Below, piece after piece: positions 47,078 to 56,957 of a stretch of 64,000 bases of DNA. A program made the translations under genes and the position numbers. How positions within the stretch are numbered: the first letter of the stretch is position 1; each line of letters begins with the position of its first letter. The notes beneath the pieces are model-generated. The model was given only the letters and a program-made list of their open reading frames with translations. It did not search any database and had not been told where the DNA came from. This DNA comes from Nitrospirota bacterium (lineage in GTDB: Bacteria; Nitrospirota; Thermodesulfovibrionia; Thermodesulfovibrionales; Dissulfurispiraceae), in the NCBI GenBank assembly GCA_040758355.1, contig JBFLWF010000003.1, forward strand, positions 32,001-96,000, read 5' to 3'.

Positions 47078-47112
47078 TTTCACCTCATTTGCTTGGAGTA
47101 AAAAAATTGGTG

Positions 47113-47198
47113 TGCGGGAATGGAGTAATGGAGTGATGGAGTAATGATTTTTTATACCCAACACTCCAATACTCCAACACTCCAATTCTTTACTCCGT
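47113..47198. repeat. Inverted octamer arrays between arrB and arrD
   Basis: (ATGGAGTR)n ... (CAAYACTC)n. Confidence 0.8.
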
Positions 47199-47205
47199 AG
47201 AAGTC

Positions 47206-48003
47206 TTACGCCTTCTTGGCCTCGCCCTTAAAGCTTTTTATATAATATACATTGGGCTGCGTGCCCTTTTCTCCAGGCTTTAAAAGCTCGCCCTTGTTGT
47301 TCTTAAGCTGCACAGCCTTGTGGGCTTTCAGAGCCTTGCTCGGCTCGCTGTTGGGGTCCGAAAGGTCGCCGAATATACGGGCTTTCGCAGGGCAAGATGC
47401 CACACAGTAAGGCTGCTCGCCGTTAAGAACGCGGTGCTCGCAGAACATGCACTTTTCAACTTTGCCTTTCTCTCTGACGCTCGCATAGTCCGAATGCTTA
47501 TACATTGTGCGATGCGGAGGCATGTCACCAGCCTTCTTTGAGACATCAGCGCCCGATGAAGTACAACCGGGTATAACCTCTTTTGTGTCTTTATAAAAAG
47601 GATGGACTTCATCGGTAAAGTCATTAAAACTTATAACGCTGTACTGCACGCCTGCCTTATCAACATCTTCTGAACTATAGGGACATGCCTGCTGGCACCG
47701 ACGGCATCCGATGCACCTCTCCATATTGTGGATTGTCATGCCGTTTTCGTGTTTATGCATCGCCTTTGGAGTTACAGGACATGCCTTAACGCAAGGAGCA
47801 TCTGAGCAGTGGTTGCAGAGAACAGGCATAGGAGTGAACTTCACATCCGGATACTTGCCCTCTGTTTTCATAAAGAAATCGGCCCAGTTGAATCTCTGCC
47901 CCTTCGCCCTGTCCTGAGTGTTGTTCTCTGTCTTGCATGCGATTGCACACGCACCGCAGCCGACACACTTCTGTAAGTCTATAACCATTCCGTATTTAGG
48001 CAT
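47206..48003 (-). CDS. arrB: Respiratory arsenate reductase FeS subunit
   Basis: YGMVIDLQKCVGCGACAIACKTEN, LCNHCSDAPCVKACP, CIGCRRCQQACPY, EKCMFC..PYCVASCP. Confidence 0.9.
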   Translation of the reverse strand: MPKYGMVIDLQKCVGCGACAIACKTENNTQDRAKGQRFNWADFFMKTEGKYPDVKFTPMPVLCNHCSDAPCVKACPVTPKAMHKHENGMTIHNMERCIGCRRCQQACPYSSEDVDKAGVQYSVISFNDFTDEVHPFYKDTKEVIPGCTSSGADVSKKAGDMPPHRTMYKHSDYASVREKGKVEKCMFCEHRVLNGEQPYCVASCPAKARIFGDLSDPNSEPSKALKAHKAVQLKNNKGELLKPGEKGTQPNVYYIKSFKGEAKKA

Positions 48004-48022
48004 CTATCTTTACCTCCTTTCC

Positions 48023-50596
48023 TTAAACCTTCTCTATTCTTACCGCGGTAAAGCCGCCGTTTCTGCAGTTGCTGCCGGTCATACGCTCAACATCAAAAGG
48101 CATGAGGTCATTGTTATTGCCGCCTCTCGGTGTCTTGTTAAATTCTTTGGTAGCAACCTTTCCGTATGCCCAGTGTCCCTGACCATAGCACTTTGAAACA
48201 GTGCCGGGCCTTACACCTTCCCAGAGCTTTGCCTTGACAGTAATGCTGCCTGTTACAGAAGTGAGCTTCACCATGTCTCCTGTCTTGATCCCGAGTTTTT
48301 TGCCGTCCTCGGGATTTATCCTCACGATATCGTCCCAGCTCTCATCGCCAACATCTACCCTCTTGAACTCCTGGAACCATGTGGTGTTCTGGCTTCTTCC
48401 TTCCCTGTTGAGCCTTGACTTGAAGTCAACGAGGATAAACGGATATTTGACAGGGTCGCCCCATATCTTTGGCGACTCATAATGAGGCACAAATACCTCT
48501 TCGCCTTTTGCCGTATACTGGGCTGCCTCTACAATATCATCAATCGTTGTCTTATACTTTTCGGCATGGGCTTTAAGACCCGTCTTCAGTCCTTCACTGT
48601 AAAACTCAAATTTCTTAGTAAGTGTCGGGAAGCCCTTTTCCCAGAGTCCTTTGTATTTATAAGACTCTGAATTATAGATTCCCTTTGCCTTAAAGTCTTC
48701 CCAGCCGTTAAGCTGAGGGCTACCCTTAAGAGGCTCTTTTGGTTTCCATACAGGCATGCTGATGGTTTTTGCTACAATCTCTGCAAAATCCTCAGGCCCG
48801 GTAGGAGTCTTGCCGGTTTCAGGGTCTTTAAATGAATTGAAGTAATTAATCATATTCGGGAAACCCTTTTCGCCAAGCTTTTGAGCGAGCATGTACATTA
48901 TCTCTGTCTCGTCAGCTTTCTCTTCCCAGAGCCTTCCGACAACAGGCTGCTGAATGGAGATATGTGTATGACCATTGCCTTTGTTGTCAATTATCGAGAG
49001 CTTCTGTGTAGCATGATGCGCTGCAGGCAATACTATATCGGCATACATCGCAGCCTCGGCAGGGTTGGTGCCGATATGGACATAAAAGACCTTTTCCATT
49101 GCCCTGTCCCATCTGTCAGCGCCTGTGCATGAGAAGTTGAAGTTTGCCCAATAGCTTATGCAGACTTTGATATCATAAGGGTCTGCATTCAATATGCCTG
49201 TTGCTGTATTATTTGTAATAACAGCAGTGCCTGGTTTGAAATTTCCCTTTTTGTCAGCGTCGGGATTAAGCGAAGGGAACTGCTTGTATCCCCTCTGGTC
49301 GATCTTTTTTTCCTTGCCGTATTTCTTTGCCATGTCATCGAGGAAAGGATCAATGGAGGGCAGTTTTCCTGATGGCGACTTTGGATGATGGGTCAATACG
49401 CCGCCCTCAACATCTATGCAGCCGAGAAGGCCGTTAATAGCATATATTGCCTGAGATGCTGCAGCACCTCTCGGGCTCATAACAGGACCGGGGCCCATCC
49501 ATATCGCACACTGCGGAGCAGCAGCAGCCATTGTCTTTGCAACTTTTACAATCTGAGACTTGGAAATGCCGCAGATTTTTTCAGCCCATTCAGGTGTCCT
49601 GTCCTTGAGTTCAATGTTCCACCATTTTACAAGACCATGTGTGTGCTTTTCTGCAAATGCAGCCTCGTCAACTGTCTTTCCTGTCTTGAACTGGTTCTTG
49701 CCGTCTTTAAAGTCTCCAACGAACTCCTTGTTCCACAAGCCTTCTGTCAGGAGAACATGGGCTATTGCCAGTGCAAGTGCGCCGTCTTCACCTGGCTTTA
49801 CAGGCACCCACATATGAGATTTTGCCCCTATAGCGCTCAATCTCGGGTCAACAGTAATAAGCGTACCTCTATCAATAAGGTCGCCAATTTTATTTATTGT
49901 GTTCGGAACGTTCCTGTTTGAGCTTAACGGGTCGCATCCCCATACTACAAGACATTTCATATTCTGAAGGTTATAATCCCTGTATCCCCAGTAGCCTTCT
50001 GTTGCAAAAGGACCAAATTTCTCGGCCTCTGCACAGATAGCACTGTGTGAGATCGAATTGGGTGAGCCTATTATCTTTGGTAATGTTCCGTAAGCAAGAG
50101 GATATGTCTTTGGTGAATATCTTCCCCTGATGAAGAGAAATTTATGCGGCTCGTTGTTTTTTCTGAGTTCGAGGAGCTTATCAGCAACTATACCCAATGC
50201 CTCATCCCATGAAATGGGAACGAACTTTGGATCTTCTCCTCTGCCCTTTTTGGGGTTTGTCCTTTTCATAGGAACCTTCACCCTGTCTGGGTCGTAAAGC
50301 TCCTGAAGCATAAGGTGTCCTCTCGGACAGCAGTAACCGCCGTTTACCTTTGAAAGCTGGTTTCCGCGAACTTTTACAGCCCTTCCGTTCTGAACAAAAA
50401 ACTCGCAAGGGCACCACTGTGTACAGCCCTGACATGTGGATGGAACCCATTTGCCGGGATCCGTGCTGCCGCTCACCTTTTCGCCTGCAAGCGGCTTGGG
50501 CACCTGTGCAAAGGCATTAAGGGATGGTCCTGTTAATGCCATTGCTGCGCCGGCTGCCACGCCTGCCTTAAGAAAGTCTCTTCTCTTAATCTCCAT
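48023..50596 (-). CDS. arrA: Respiratory arsenate reductase catalytic Mo-bisPGD subunit
   Basis: Tat signal KRRDFLK, TCQGCTQWC, RGRYS and SHSAICAEAEK catalytic-site motifs, KSRLNREGR. Confidence 0.93.
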   Translation of the reverse strand: MEIKRRDFLKAGVAAGAAMALTGPSLNAFAQVPKPLAGEKVSGSTDPGKWVPSTCQGCTQWCPCEFFVQNGRAVKVRGNQLSKVNGGYCCPRGHLMLQELYDPDRVKVPMKRTNPKKGRGEDPKFVPISWDEALGIVADKLLELRKNNEPHKFLFIRGRYSPKTYPLAYGTLPKIIGSPNSISHSAICAEAEKFGPFATEGYWGYRDYNLQNMKCLVVWGCDPLSSNRNVPNTINKIGDLIDRGTLITVDPRLSAIGAKSHMWVPVKPGEDGALALAIAHVLLTEGLWNKEFVGDFKDGKNQFKTGKTVDEAAFAEKHTHGLVKWWNIELKDRTPEWAEKICGISKSQIVKVAKTMAAAAPQCAIWMGPGPVMSPRGAAASQAIYAINGLLGCIDVEGGVLTHHPKSPSGKLPSIDPFLDDMAKKYGKEKKIDQRGYKQFPSLNPDADKKGNFKPGTAVITNNTATGILNADPYDIKVCISYWANFNFSCTGADRWDRAMEKVFYVHIGTNPAEAAMYADIVLPAAHHATQKLSIIDNKGNGHTHISIQQPVVGRLWEEKADETEIMYMLAQKLGEKGFPNMINYFNSFKDPETGKTPTGPEDFAEIVAKTISMPVWKPKEPLKGSPQLNGWEDFKAKGIYNSESYKYKGLWEKGFPTLTKKFEFYSEGLKTGLKAHAEKYKTTIDDIVEAAQYTAKGEEVFVPHYESPKIWGDPVKYPFILVDFKSRLNREGRSQNTTWFQEFKRVDVGDESWDDIVRINPEDGKKLGIKTGDMVKLTSVTGSITVKAKLWEGVRPGTVSKCYGQGHWAYGKVATKEFNKTPRGGNNNDLMPFDVERMTGSNCRNGGFTAVRIEKV

Positions 50597-50744
50597 CTTT
50601 ACCTCCTTTTAGGTATTTAAGATTGAAAAGAAATCAACTGCAAAATTTGCGAAATCCCCTCCTTCTCACCCCCTTCTGTCATGCCTGTTCTAAAGATTAT
50701 CCCACCTCATTTTGTTTGTCAAATGATAATTCATAAAAATGTTT

Positions 50745-50760
50745 ATCAACTTTTATGCCA
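50745..50760 (-). promoter_or_regulatory. sigma54 promoter of arr operon (variant -12)
   Basis: TGGCATAAAAGTTGAT: perfect -24, and -12 TTGA instead of TTGC. Confidence 0.65.
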
Positions 50761-50801
50761 TATGTAACATGTTGAAAACAAAAGGTTTATTCTTATAGAT
50801 G

Positions 50802-50909
50802 TGTTACTAAAAAGAAACAGATATAAATTAGAAATCACGTATCTGCTTCTATTGTCAATAAAAACAAGGTCTTTTCATCCAAAAATCGGAGTGTTACGAT
50901 TTAGTAGCG
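50802..50909. promoter_or_regulatory. Two putative activator sites (TGTTAC-N6-GTAACA-like)
   Basis: TGTTACTAAAAAGAAACA (50802-50819) and TGTTACGATTTAGTAGCG (50892-50909). Confidence 0.7.
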
Positions 50910-50960
50910 ATGACATATTCTTTATGCTCTCAGTTCAAGAAAGGGTTTGTGTATAAAATT

Positions 50961-52700
50961 TCATATTAGCGCCTCCGGTCTGTTTGCAGCAACAACAATG
51001 TTTCTGCCTGTCTCCTTTGCAACATAAAGGGCGTCATCTGCTGCCCGTATAATCTTTTCCGGGGAGTCTCCATCTTCAGGATAACACGCTGCACCAATGC
51101 TTACCGTTATCTTCCCTGACGGCTGTGATTCTGCCCTTGGAAATTTGTTTTTCGCGATACCGCACCTTATCCTTTCGGCTATGGATATTGCCTCATCCTT
51201 TCCTGTTTCAGGAAGCAACATGATGAATTCTTCTCCTCCGTACCTGCTTACTGTGTCTGTTTCCCTGATATGCTCGTTCAACATATCAGCCAGCATCTTC
51301 AGCAATATGTCTCCTTGTGGATGTCCGTTTGTATCGTTGTAATGCTTGAAGTGGTCAATATCAATCATAATCAGGCCGAAATGTTTGACGTACCTCTGTG
51401 CCCTGTGTATTTCGGATTCCAGAAGTTTCAGAAATGCCCTCCGGTTTTTCAGTCCTGTAAGCCCATCTGTCTCCGAAAGCTCAAGGGTCTTTTCGTAGAG
51501 CTTTGCATTTGATACGGCAAGGCTCGCTGCATCGAGCAGACGCATGCATGCATCGAGGTCGGGTCTTGGCTCAAGCTTAGACCGCCTCGTAACATCCATA
51601 ACAAATATTCCGGCAGGTGTAAACATATCGCAGTTCATGCATGCCTTTAATTTTTCCAGAGTGTCTGTCAGAATCCTGCCGTGGCAGTAAGTACTTGAAG
51701 TGTACCAGCATCTCCTGTCATCAGAACCATGGGCAGGACATGACGAGTCCGGAGGACAGTGAAAATATTCATAACATTTTGTTGTAAATGCTGCCCTGAT
51801 AGGCAGGACTGTTATCTCCTTTGCGTCTTTAAGAAGAATCTTTATTACAACATCTTCATATTCGGAGCTTATGACAGATGTATCGAGCCACCTTGCCTCG
51901 CAACTTAAAAATGTATCTGTAAATATATTTTTGCCCGAAAGCGGGATAGCAATATCAGATTTATTATGAACCAGAGACACTTTGTTTTTATCCAGACGGA
52001 AGCACTCAATATTAGAACTGCCGGAAAATGCTGATAGTTCTTCTTTTGCAATCTCTATGACATCGTCCATTACAATAGAAGAACGCAGTTTCTCCGAAAG
52101 GAGGTAAAGACGTCTTATCTCATCCTGTTTTTTATACAGCCTGTCCGAGAGGTATGCGACAAAATAGGCGGTGAGAATCAATGTGCTTGCAAAAACACCT
52201 CCATATGCCGCTATCACGGAAAGGTCCGCAAAAAGCACAGGCTCATTCTTGAGTATGGCAAAATGGGGCAGGATGCCTACGTGTTTGAGCCACATAACCG
52301 CTGCAGGAAGGACTATTGCAGCAACAGCAAACCTGAAAGTCCATTTTATCGGCAGGATGATGCCGCTTATTACAATGTGGAAGATGTAATAATATAAAAA
52401 CGGGCTGTCGCATCCTCCTGAAAAATAAACAGCAGCAGTAAGAACAATGAAGTCAAGGCTTATCTGTGCAATTGCGTTCTTTATGAGGTCTTCGGATGGA
52501 GATTTCAGCCTCTGCTGAAAATATGCATTGTACACAGTAGTAAAGCCCAGTATCAGATATACTGGTATCAATGGAAAAGTCAGACCTGCTATCTCCCTCA
52601 CCACGTGAGTTATGACAAGCACGCCGACGCAGCCTGCCCATCTGAGCCTTACAAGCCAGAGAAGCTTATCTTTCATTTCTGACTGTTCGATGGTAATCAT
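50961..52700 (-). CDS. Membrane diguanylate cyclase with Cys-rich (two-CW-like) insert
   Basis: Several N-terminal TMs, CYEYFHC..CPA..RCW..TYCHG..CMNCD, SRYGGEEF. Confidence 0.9.
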   Translation of the reverse strand: MITIEQSEMKDKLLWLVRLRWAGCVGVLVITHVVREIAGLTFPLIPVYLILGFTTVYNAYFQQRLKSPSEDLIKNAIAQISLDFIVLTAAVYFSGGCDSPFLYYYIFHIVISGIILPIKWTFRFAVAAIVLPAAVMWLKHVGILPHFAILKNEPVLFADLSVIAAYGGVFASTLILTAYFVAYLSDRLYKKQDEIRRLYLLSEKLRSSIVMDDVIEIAKEELSAFSGSSNIECFRLDKNKVSLVHNKSDIAIPLSGKNIFTDTFLSCEARWLDTSVISSEYEDVVIKILLKDAKEITVLPIRAAFTTKCYEYFHCPPDSSCPAHGSDDRRCWYTSSTYCHGRILTDTLEKLKACMNCDMFTPAGIFVMDVTRRSKLEPRPDLDACMRLLDAASLAVSNAKLYEKTLELSETDGLTGLKNRRAFLKLLESEIHRAQRYVKHFGLIMIDIDHFKHYNDTNGHPQGDILLKMLADMLNEHIRETDTVSRYGGEEFIMLLPETGKDEAISIAERIRCGIAKNKFPRAESQPSGKITVSIGAACYPEDGDSPEKIIRAADDALYVAKETGRNIVVAANRPEALI

Positions 52701-52779
52701 TGTGTTCTCTCTTTAATAATATCAAGACAGCTTGATGCCCTCTCCGGGATTTCCCTTTTCACGGCCATAGCGCCATATT

Positions 52780-54384
52780 TTATTCTGTTTCCCTTGTCTT
52801 AAACCCTGCCGTGGAGTTTCTTAATTCCTCTGCTATCTTTGCTAATACATCGACCTCCTGCATTACATCATCTGCCATCTTCTCCATGTCTTTTGCAATG
52901 GCAGATGTCTTTTCTATGTTTCCTGCCACCTCTTCCGATGCAGCCGACTGCTCATCCACTGCAGTTGCTATTTGTGTTATCTGGTCGCGGACTTTCTGAA
53001 CAGACTCCACAATGGTATCCAGAACATTCTTCAAGTTCTTCACATGACCCACTGCCTTAGTTATACCCTTTGTGGAGGAAGACATAGACTTAGCCGTCTG
53101 CTCGGATTCAGCCTGCACTGCTCCTATCTTTTCCGAAATCTCTGTTGTTGCCTTTATTGTCCTCTCAGCTAATTTTCTTACCTCATCAGCAACAACCGCA
53201 AATCCTCTTCCCTGCTCACCTGCCCTTGCTGCCTCGATTGCTGCATTTAAGGCAAGGAGATTTGTCTGGTCTGCTATGTCTTTGATTACGGTTACTATTC
53301 CTCCAATCTCAACCACCCTGCTGTTCAGCCTTCCTACCATCCTTGAAAGCTCTGCCGTAGAAGTATTGACTTCATTTATCGTTTCAACGGTTGTGTCTGT
53401 TATCTGTTTGCCGCTTTCTGCTATTTCCATTGCCTCTGACGATGTATCCGATGCCACAGATGCATTTTTCGCTATATCGGTGATTGTCTGGCTCATCTCT
53501 TCTGCTGCTGTTGCTATCTGGTGGGCCTGGGAGGATTGATTTTTTGCTCCTTCCGATGTCTTTTCTGACCTCGCCCCCAATACATCCACTGTGGACACCA
53601 CTTTGTTTGCCGATGCGAGTATGCCGTTTATCATGCTGTTGAAGGACTGAATCATTCTGTTCATGTCGTGCGCGAGGATGCCTATTTCATCTTTACTGTG
53701 ATAATCTATTGTGGCTCTCAAATCTCCTTCTGACAACTGCCTGACCTTTTCTATCAGATGAGTCAGTGGCCTGAGGGCAATTGTAACGAGAAAGAATATG
53801 GCTCCGGTTACTGACAGTATGCCCATTAATCCGAGTCCGAAATAGAGGTTGCGGGATGATTTAATTGTGGCAAAAGAACGTGTCAGCGGTATCTTTATGC
53901 TTATGGCCCCGAGAACAGTCCCCTCTTTTACATTGTGGCAGGATAAGCAGTTTTTACCCATGTAATTAGATTTTGCGATATAGGGGGAAATGCTGCGGAG
54001 GTATTCTCCTTCAAGGAAAACCTTCTCTGTGCCCTTATCTAAAACCTCCTTTTCCACGGCATCTTTTGGGTATTCCTCGGCTTTACCCCTTCCATAATCT
54101 TTATCGAGGTTTTCCGACCTTATTATACGGACATCTGCGATATTGGACATCTGCTCCAGAAACTGACCCTTCGATTCCTTGATTGTTCCGTTCAGCATCA
54201 TGGTGGTAAGGGCATTCAGAACTGTATCTCTGTATCCTGTGAGGGTCGTGTTCTTTGCCTCATCGATGACAATGCTCTTTGTCCTGCCTGTCGTTACAAA
54301 GATTGTGACTATAATACCTATAGCGACCATCACTGTAATCGGCACCACTACCTTGTTTTTCAGAGATACATCTTTTAGATTCAT
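52780..54384 (-). CDS. Methyl-accepting chemotaxis protein with periplasmic c-heme motif
   Basis: CLSCH in periplasmic domain, [42 protein letters not shown]. Confidence 0.94.
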   Translation of the reverse strand: MNLKDVSLKNKVVVPITVMVAIGIIVTIFVTTGRTKSIVIDEAKNTTLTGYRDTVLNALTTMMLNGTIKESKGQFLEQMSNIADVRIIRSENLDKDYGRGKAEEYPKDAVEKEVLDKGTEKVFLEGEYLRSISPYIAKSNYMGKNCLSCHNVKEGTVLGAISIKIPLTRSFATIKSSRNLYFGLGLMGILSVTGAIFFLVTIALRPLTHLIEKVRQLSEGDLRATIDYHSKDEIGILAHDMNRMIQSFNSMINGILASANKVVSTVDVLGARSEKTSEGAKNQSSQAHQIATAAEEMSQTITDIAKNASVASDTSSEAMEIAESGKQITDTTVETINEVNTSTAELSRMVGRLNSRVVEIGGIVTVIKDIADQTNLLALNAAIEAARAGEQGRGFAVVADEVRKLAERTIKATTEISEKIGAVQAESEQTAKSMSSSTKGITKAVGHVKNLKNVLDTIVESVQKVRDQITQIATAVDEQSAASEEVAGNIEKTSAIAKDMEKMADDVMQEVDVLAKIAEELRNSTAGFKTRETE

Positions 54385-54488
54385 ATTCTCCCCTCCGTTA
54401 ACTAAATTACGCAAATATTACTATTGCGTATAACAGATTGTAAAGGCTTTGAAGTACACCTGCTGTCATGACCTTGCGTAATTTGAGT

Positions 54489-55201
54489 TTAATCACTACC
54501 TTTGCCCGCCGGGCATATGATGGCCACATCAGTGCCCTTCCCTTTCTTGCTCTCTATTGTTATTCTGCCACCGTGCCTTTCCACTATACCCCTTGCTATG
54601 GAAAGACCCAGACCTGTGCTGGTTTTGTGCTGGGCGCTGAAAAACGGGTCGAAGACCTTATGTATCTCTTCCCCCGAAATCCCCTTTCCTGTGTCTGTAA
54701 AGACGATTCGCAGCAGGGCTTTTTCATCACCGCTCTCTTATATTCACCGGTGTGCGCAGCGATGCTTTTTGTTATCTCATCATTGATCCTTGAATAACTC
54801 GATTCCAACTCTGTCAAACGTCTCCGCCCTTCGCCCAGCCTTTTTTCAAGGAATAAAGAGTTAATGGAGATCAGCTTTGAGTAATACCCCATATACTCGT
54901 GTTTTATTTTATCGGCATCTTCAGGATGTGTTTTTTTTAGATTGTTTAAGTTATCAAAAACCCTGAGGGAATGCCCATCGGATTGTATGACATATTTATG
55001 ATCAAGTGTTAAAATGCCGCTCTGGATGGCCCTATTGAACTCTTTGATATCGCTGTCTATCCGGTTCAGCAACTGTATTGTTTCAATTATCTGCTTCAAC
55101 TGATAATTGTGAAAATAAAAAATCCAGCCAAAAGATGAAAAAACAAAAACGGCAATTAACAATATGGGCAGGATGATCTTGTTTTTTTCCGAAAGATCCA
55201 T
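54489..55201 (-). pseudogene. Internally deleted sensor histidine kinase
   Basis: N-terminal TM/periplasmic part fused out of frame near 54735 to an HATPase tail (FTDTGKGI..VFDPFFS..STGLGLSIARGIVERHGGRITIES..). HAMP and HisKA are absent. Confidence 0.8.
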
Positions 55202-55205
55202 GCCT

Positions 55206-55691
55206 TTACCGACCTCTCCTGACAGGAATAAAGCCCTGAGCCTTCACTATCTCCTGTCCCTCCGTAATCAAAAAGAGGTCTAAGTAATTCTTTATCTTTT
55301 TATTCTCTTTCATGTATACGAGGTTCAACTCTCTCCTGATGGGATATGTACCGTTAAGCACATTCTCTTTTGTTGCTGCAACTCCGTTTAAGGCAAGAAT
55401 TTTTATAGGCATTCCTTTTTCGATCAGGGACATAGCCGTACCTACCGATACATACCCTATGGCTCCCGGCGCACCACCTACCAGCGTTACTCCCTCGAGA
55501 TTAGATCCTACTTCGTATGTTTCTTTTGCAATATAGCCGTTAATTCCCTTCCGGGTACTGCAAGAATGTTCTAACCCTGTATAGTTTTCAAATAGCTCCA
55601 GCGTTGATCTTCCGGGCTGCTTCGACACCAGACTGATCGGCTGATCCCACGTGGTTATTAATATAACGGGAAAGAATATCTTCTGAGCCAT
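55206..55691 (-). pseudogene. N-terminally truncated PstS-like binding protein
   Basis: Only the C-terminal half is present (GAIGYVSVG..LNGVAATKENVLNGTYPIRRELNL..EGQEIV). No signal peptide. Confidence 0.7.
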
Positions 55692-55713
55692 GTCCCCTGT
55701 TTCTTATCTTTAT

Positions 55714-56718
55714 TTAAGATCGTATAAATCGTTGAGGGTCTTTGTATTCGTGGCATTTCACGCAATCCTTCTTTGCCTGAGCCTCTGTAACCCTCCATGA
55801 ATGGGGCTTGTGGCAGTCAACACACTTCATGCTCATGCCCCTTATATGCAGCTCGTGCTTGCCTACATAGAGCTGATCGCTATGACATCGTTTAAGACAG
55901 TCACCCCAATCGGGCCGCACCTTTTTATGAGGCTTATGACACTCATAGCAGTAGAACTGCATGGGTGCATCTTTAGGCACATTTATCTTTATTGCCTTTT
56001 TTATAAGCTCCGGTGAAGGCTGGAAATATTTGGTATCTATCGTCCCTTCCTCGATCAGCTTTTTCCTTATTGATTCTTCTCCATGGCAGAACAGACACTT
56101 CTCCCTGTCGGGCCTCAAATGGGGAGTGCGGTCGGTATGGCAGTTGATGCAGGCAAGTTTTTCCATGCCTGTACCGTGAACCTCTCTGCCGGTATGGCAA
56201 TTAACACAGAATCTCTCCTCGGGAAGGAAATTATGAACCACGTAGCCGTGGCATTTTGCACACTCTATCTGTTCCATAAATACATGCTTTGCATGATACC
56301 TTGAACGGTTCACTACAGGTGCATCTGGATATCTTTTGTCCTTTTCCCAGTGGCATTGGATGCATATCTTCCATGCTACGATAATCTGTCCGTGTCTTGG
56401 TTCAACCATTTTCTGACCCATGAATACAAACCTGTACAACTGCACCACCTGTTCCTTCTTCGTTGAATGATGACACTCGTGGCATGTAACTTCTTTGTGC
56501 ACGCTCTTTGCCCATGCCTCGTTTGCATAATCATGGACGTGGCACAGGGCGCAGGCATTCGGGTCATGCTCAAAATAGTCGTTGATCTTATACCCTGTAA
56601 AACCGACGCCGATAACAAAAAGTAAAACAAAAAGGGAAATAATTATCCTTGCCTTGCGGGATAGCTTCTCTGAATACCATACAACAAGCCTGTCAAACAA
56701 TTTAAATGGATTGAGCAC
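55714..56718 (-). CDS. Membrane-anchored multiheme cytochrome c (NapC/NirT-like N-terminus)
   Basis: One N-terminal TM, 10 CxxCH plus one CxxxCH (CLKRCH), ..PNACALCH..WAKSVHKEVTCHECH. Confidence 0.92.
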   Translation of the reverse strand: MLNPFKLFDRLVVWYSEKLSRKARIIISLFVLLFVIGVGFTGYKINDYFEHDPNACALCHVHDYANEAWAKSVHKEVTCHECHHSTKKEQVVQLYRFVFMGQKMVEPRHGQIIVAWKICIQCHWEKDKRYPDAPVVNRSRYHAKHVFMEQIECAKCHGYVVHNFLPEERFCVNCHTGREVHGTGMEKLACINCHTDRTPHLRPDREKCLFCHGEESIRKKLIEEGTIDTKYFQPSPELIKKAIKINVPKDAPMQFYCYECHKPHKKVRPDWGDCLKRCHSDQLYVGKHELHIRGMSMKCVDCHKPHSWRVTEAQAKKDCVKCHEYKDPQRFIRS

Positions 56719-56738
56719 TTTTCACCTTATTTAATTTT

Positions 56739-56754
56739 AGCAATTTATATGCCA
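56739..56754 (-). promoter_or_regulatory. sigma54 -24/-12 promoter of cytochrome gene
   Basis: TGGCATATAAATTGCT, consensus match. Confidence 0.88.
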
Positions 56755-56795
56755 TTTATAAATAGATGAATTAAAAGGGTTTTAAATCAAGGGGA

Positions 56796-56905
56796 GATTA
56801 CGAAAAAGAAACAATAAAGTGTGTGATTTTGTTGTCTGTCTTTGTGTTTTCCTTATAAAAATCGTCTTTCTGGCAGGAGGCGAGGTTTGTTACTTTTTTG
56901 TAACA
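56796..56905. promoter_or_regulatory. Two putative activator sites (TGTTAC-N6-GTAACA)
   Basis: GATTACGAAAAAGAAACA (56796-56813) and TGTTACTTTTTTGTAACA with perfect arms (56888-56905). Confidence 0.75.
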
Positions 56906-56957
56906 ACTATTCAGTCATGTTCGTATTCTGCATGCTCATGTTTTGAACATGGTTATC

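Noticed and set aside
47078..47185. N-terminal extension of ArrD (MECWSIGVLG..YSITPLLH)
   Set aside because: It is a translation of octamer arrays. A GTG with SD at 47077 is the better start.
48023..50596. ArxA, PsrA or other DMSO-reductase-family identity
   Set aside because: It has RGRYS and SHSAICAE (ArrA type) rather than the GRGWG motif of ArxA.
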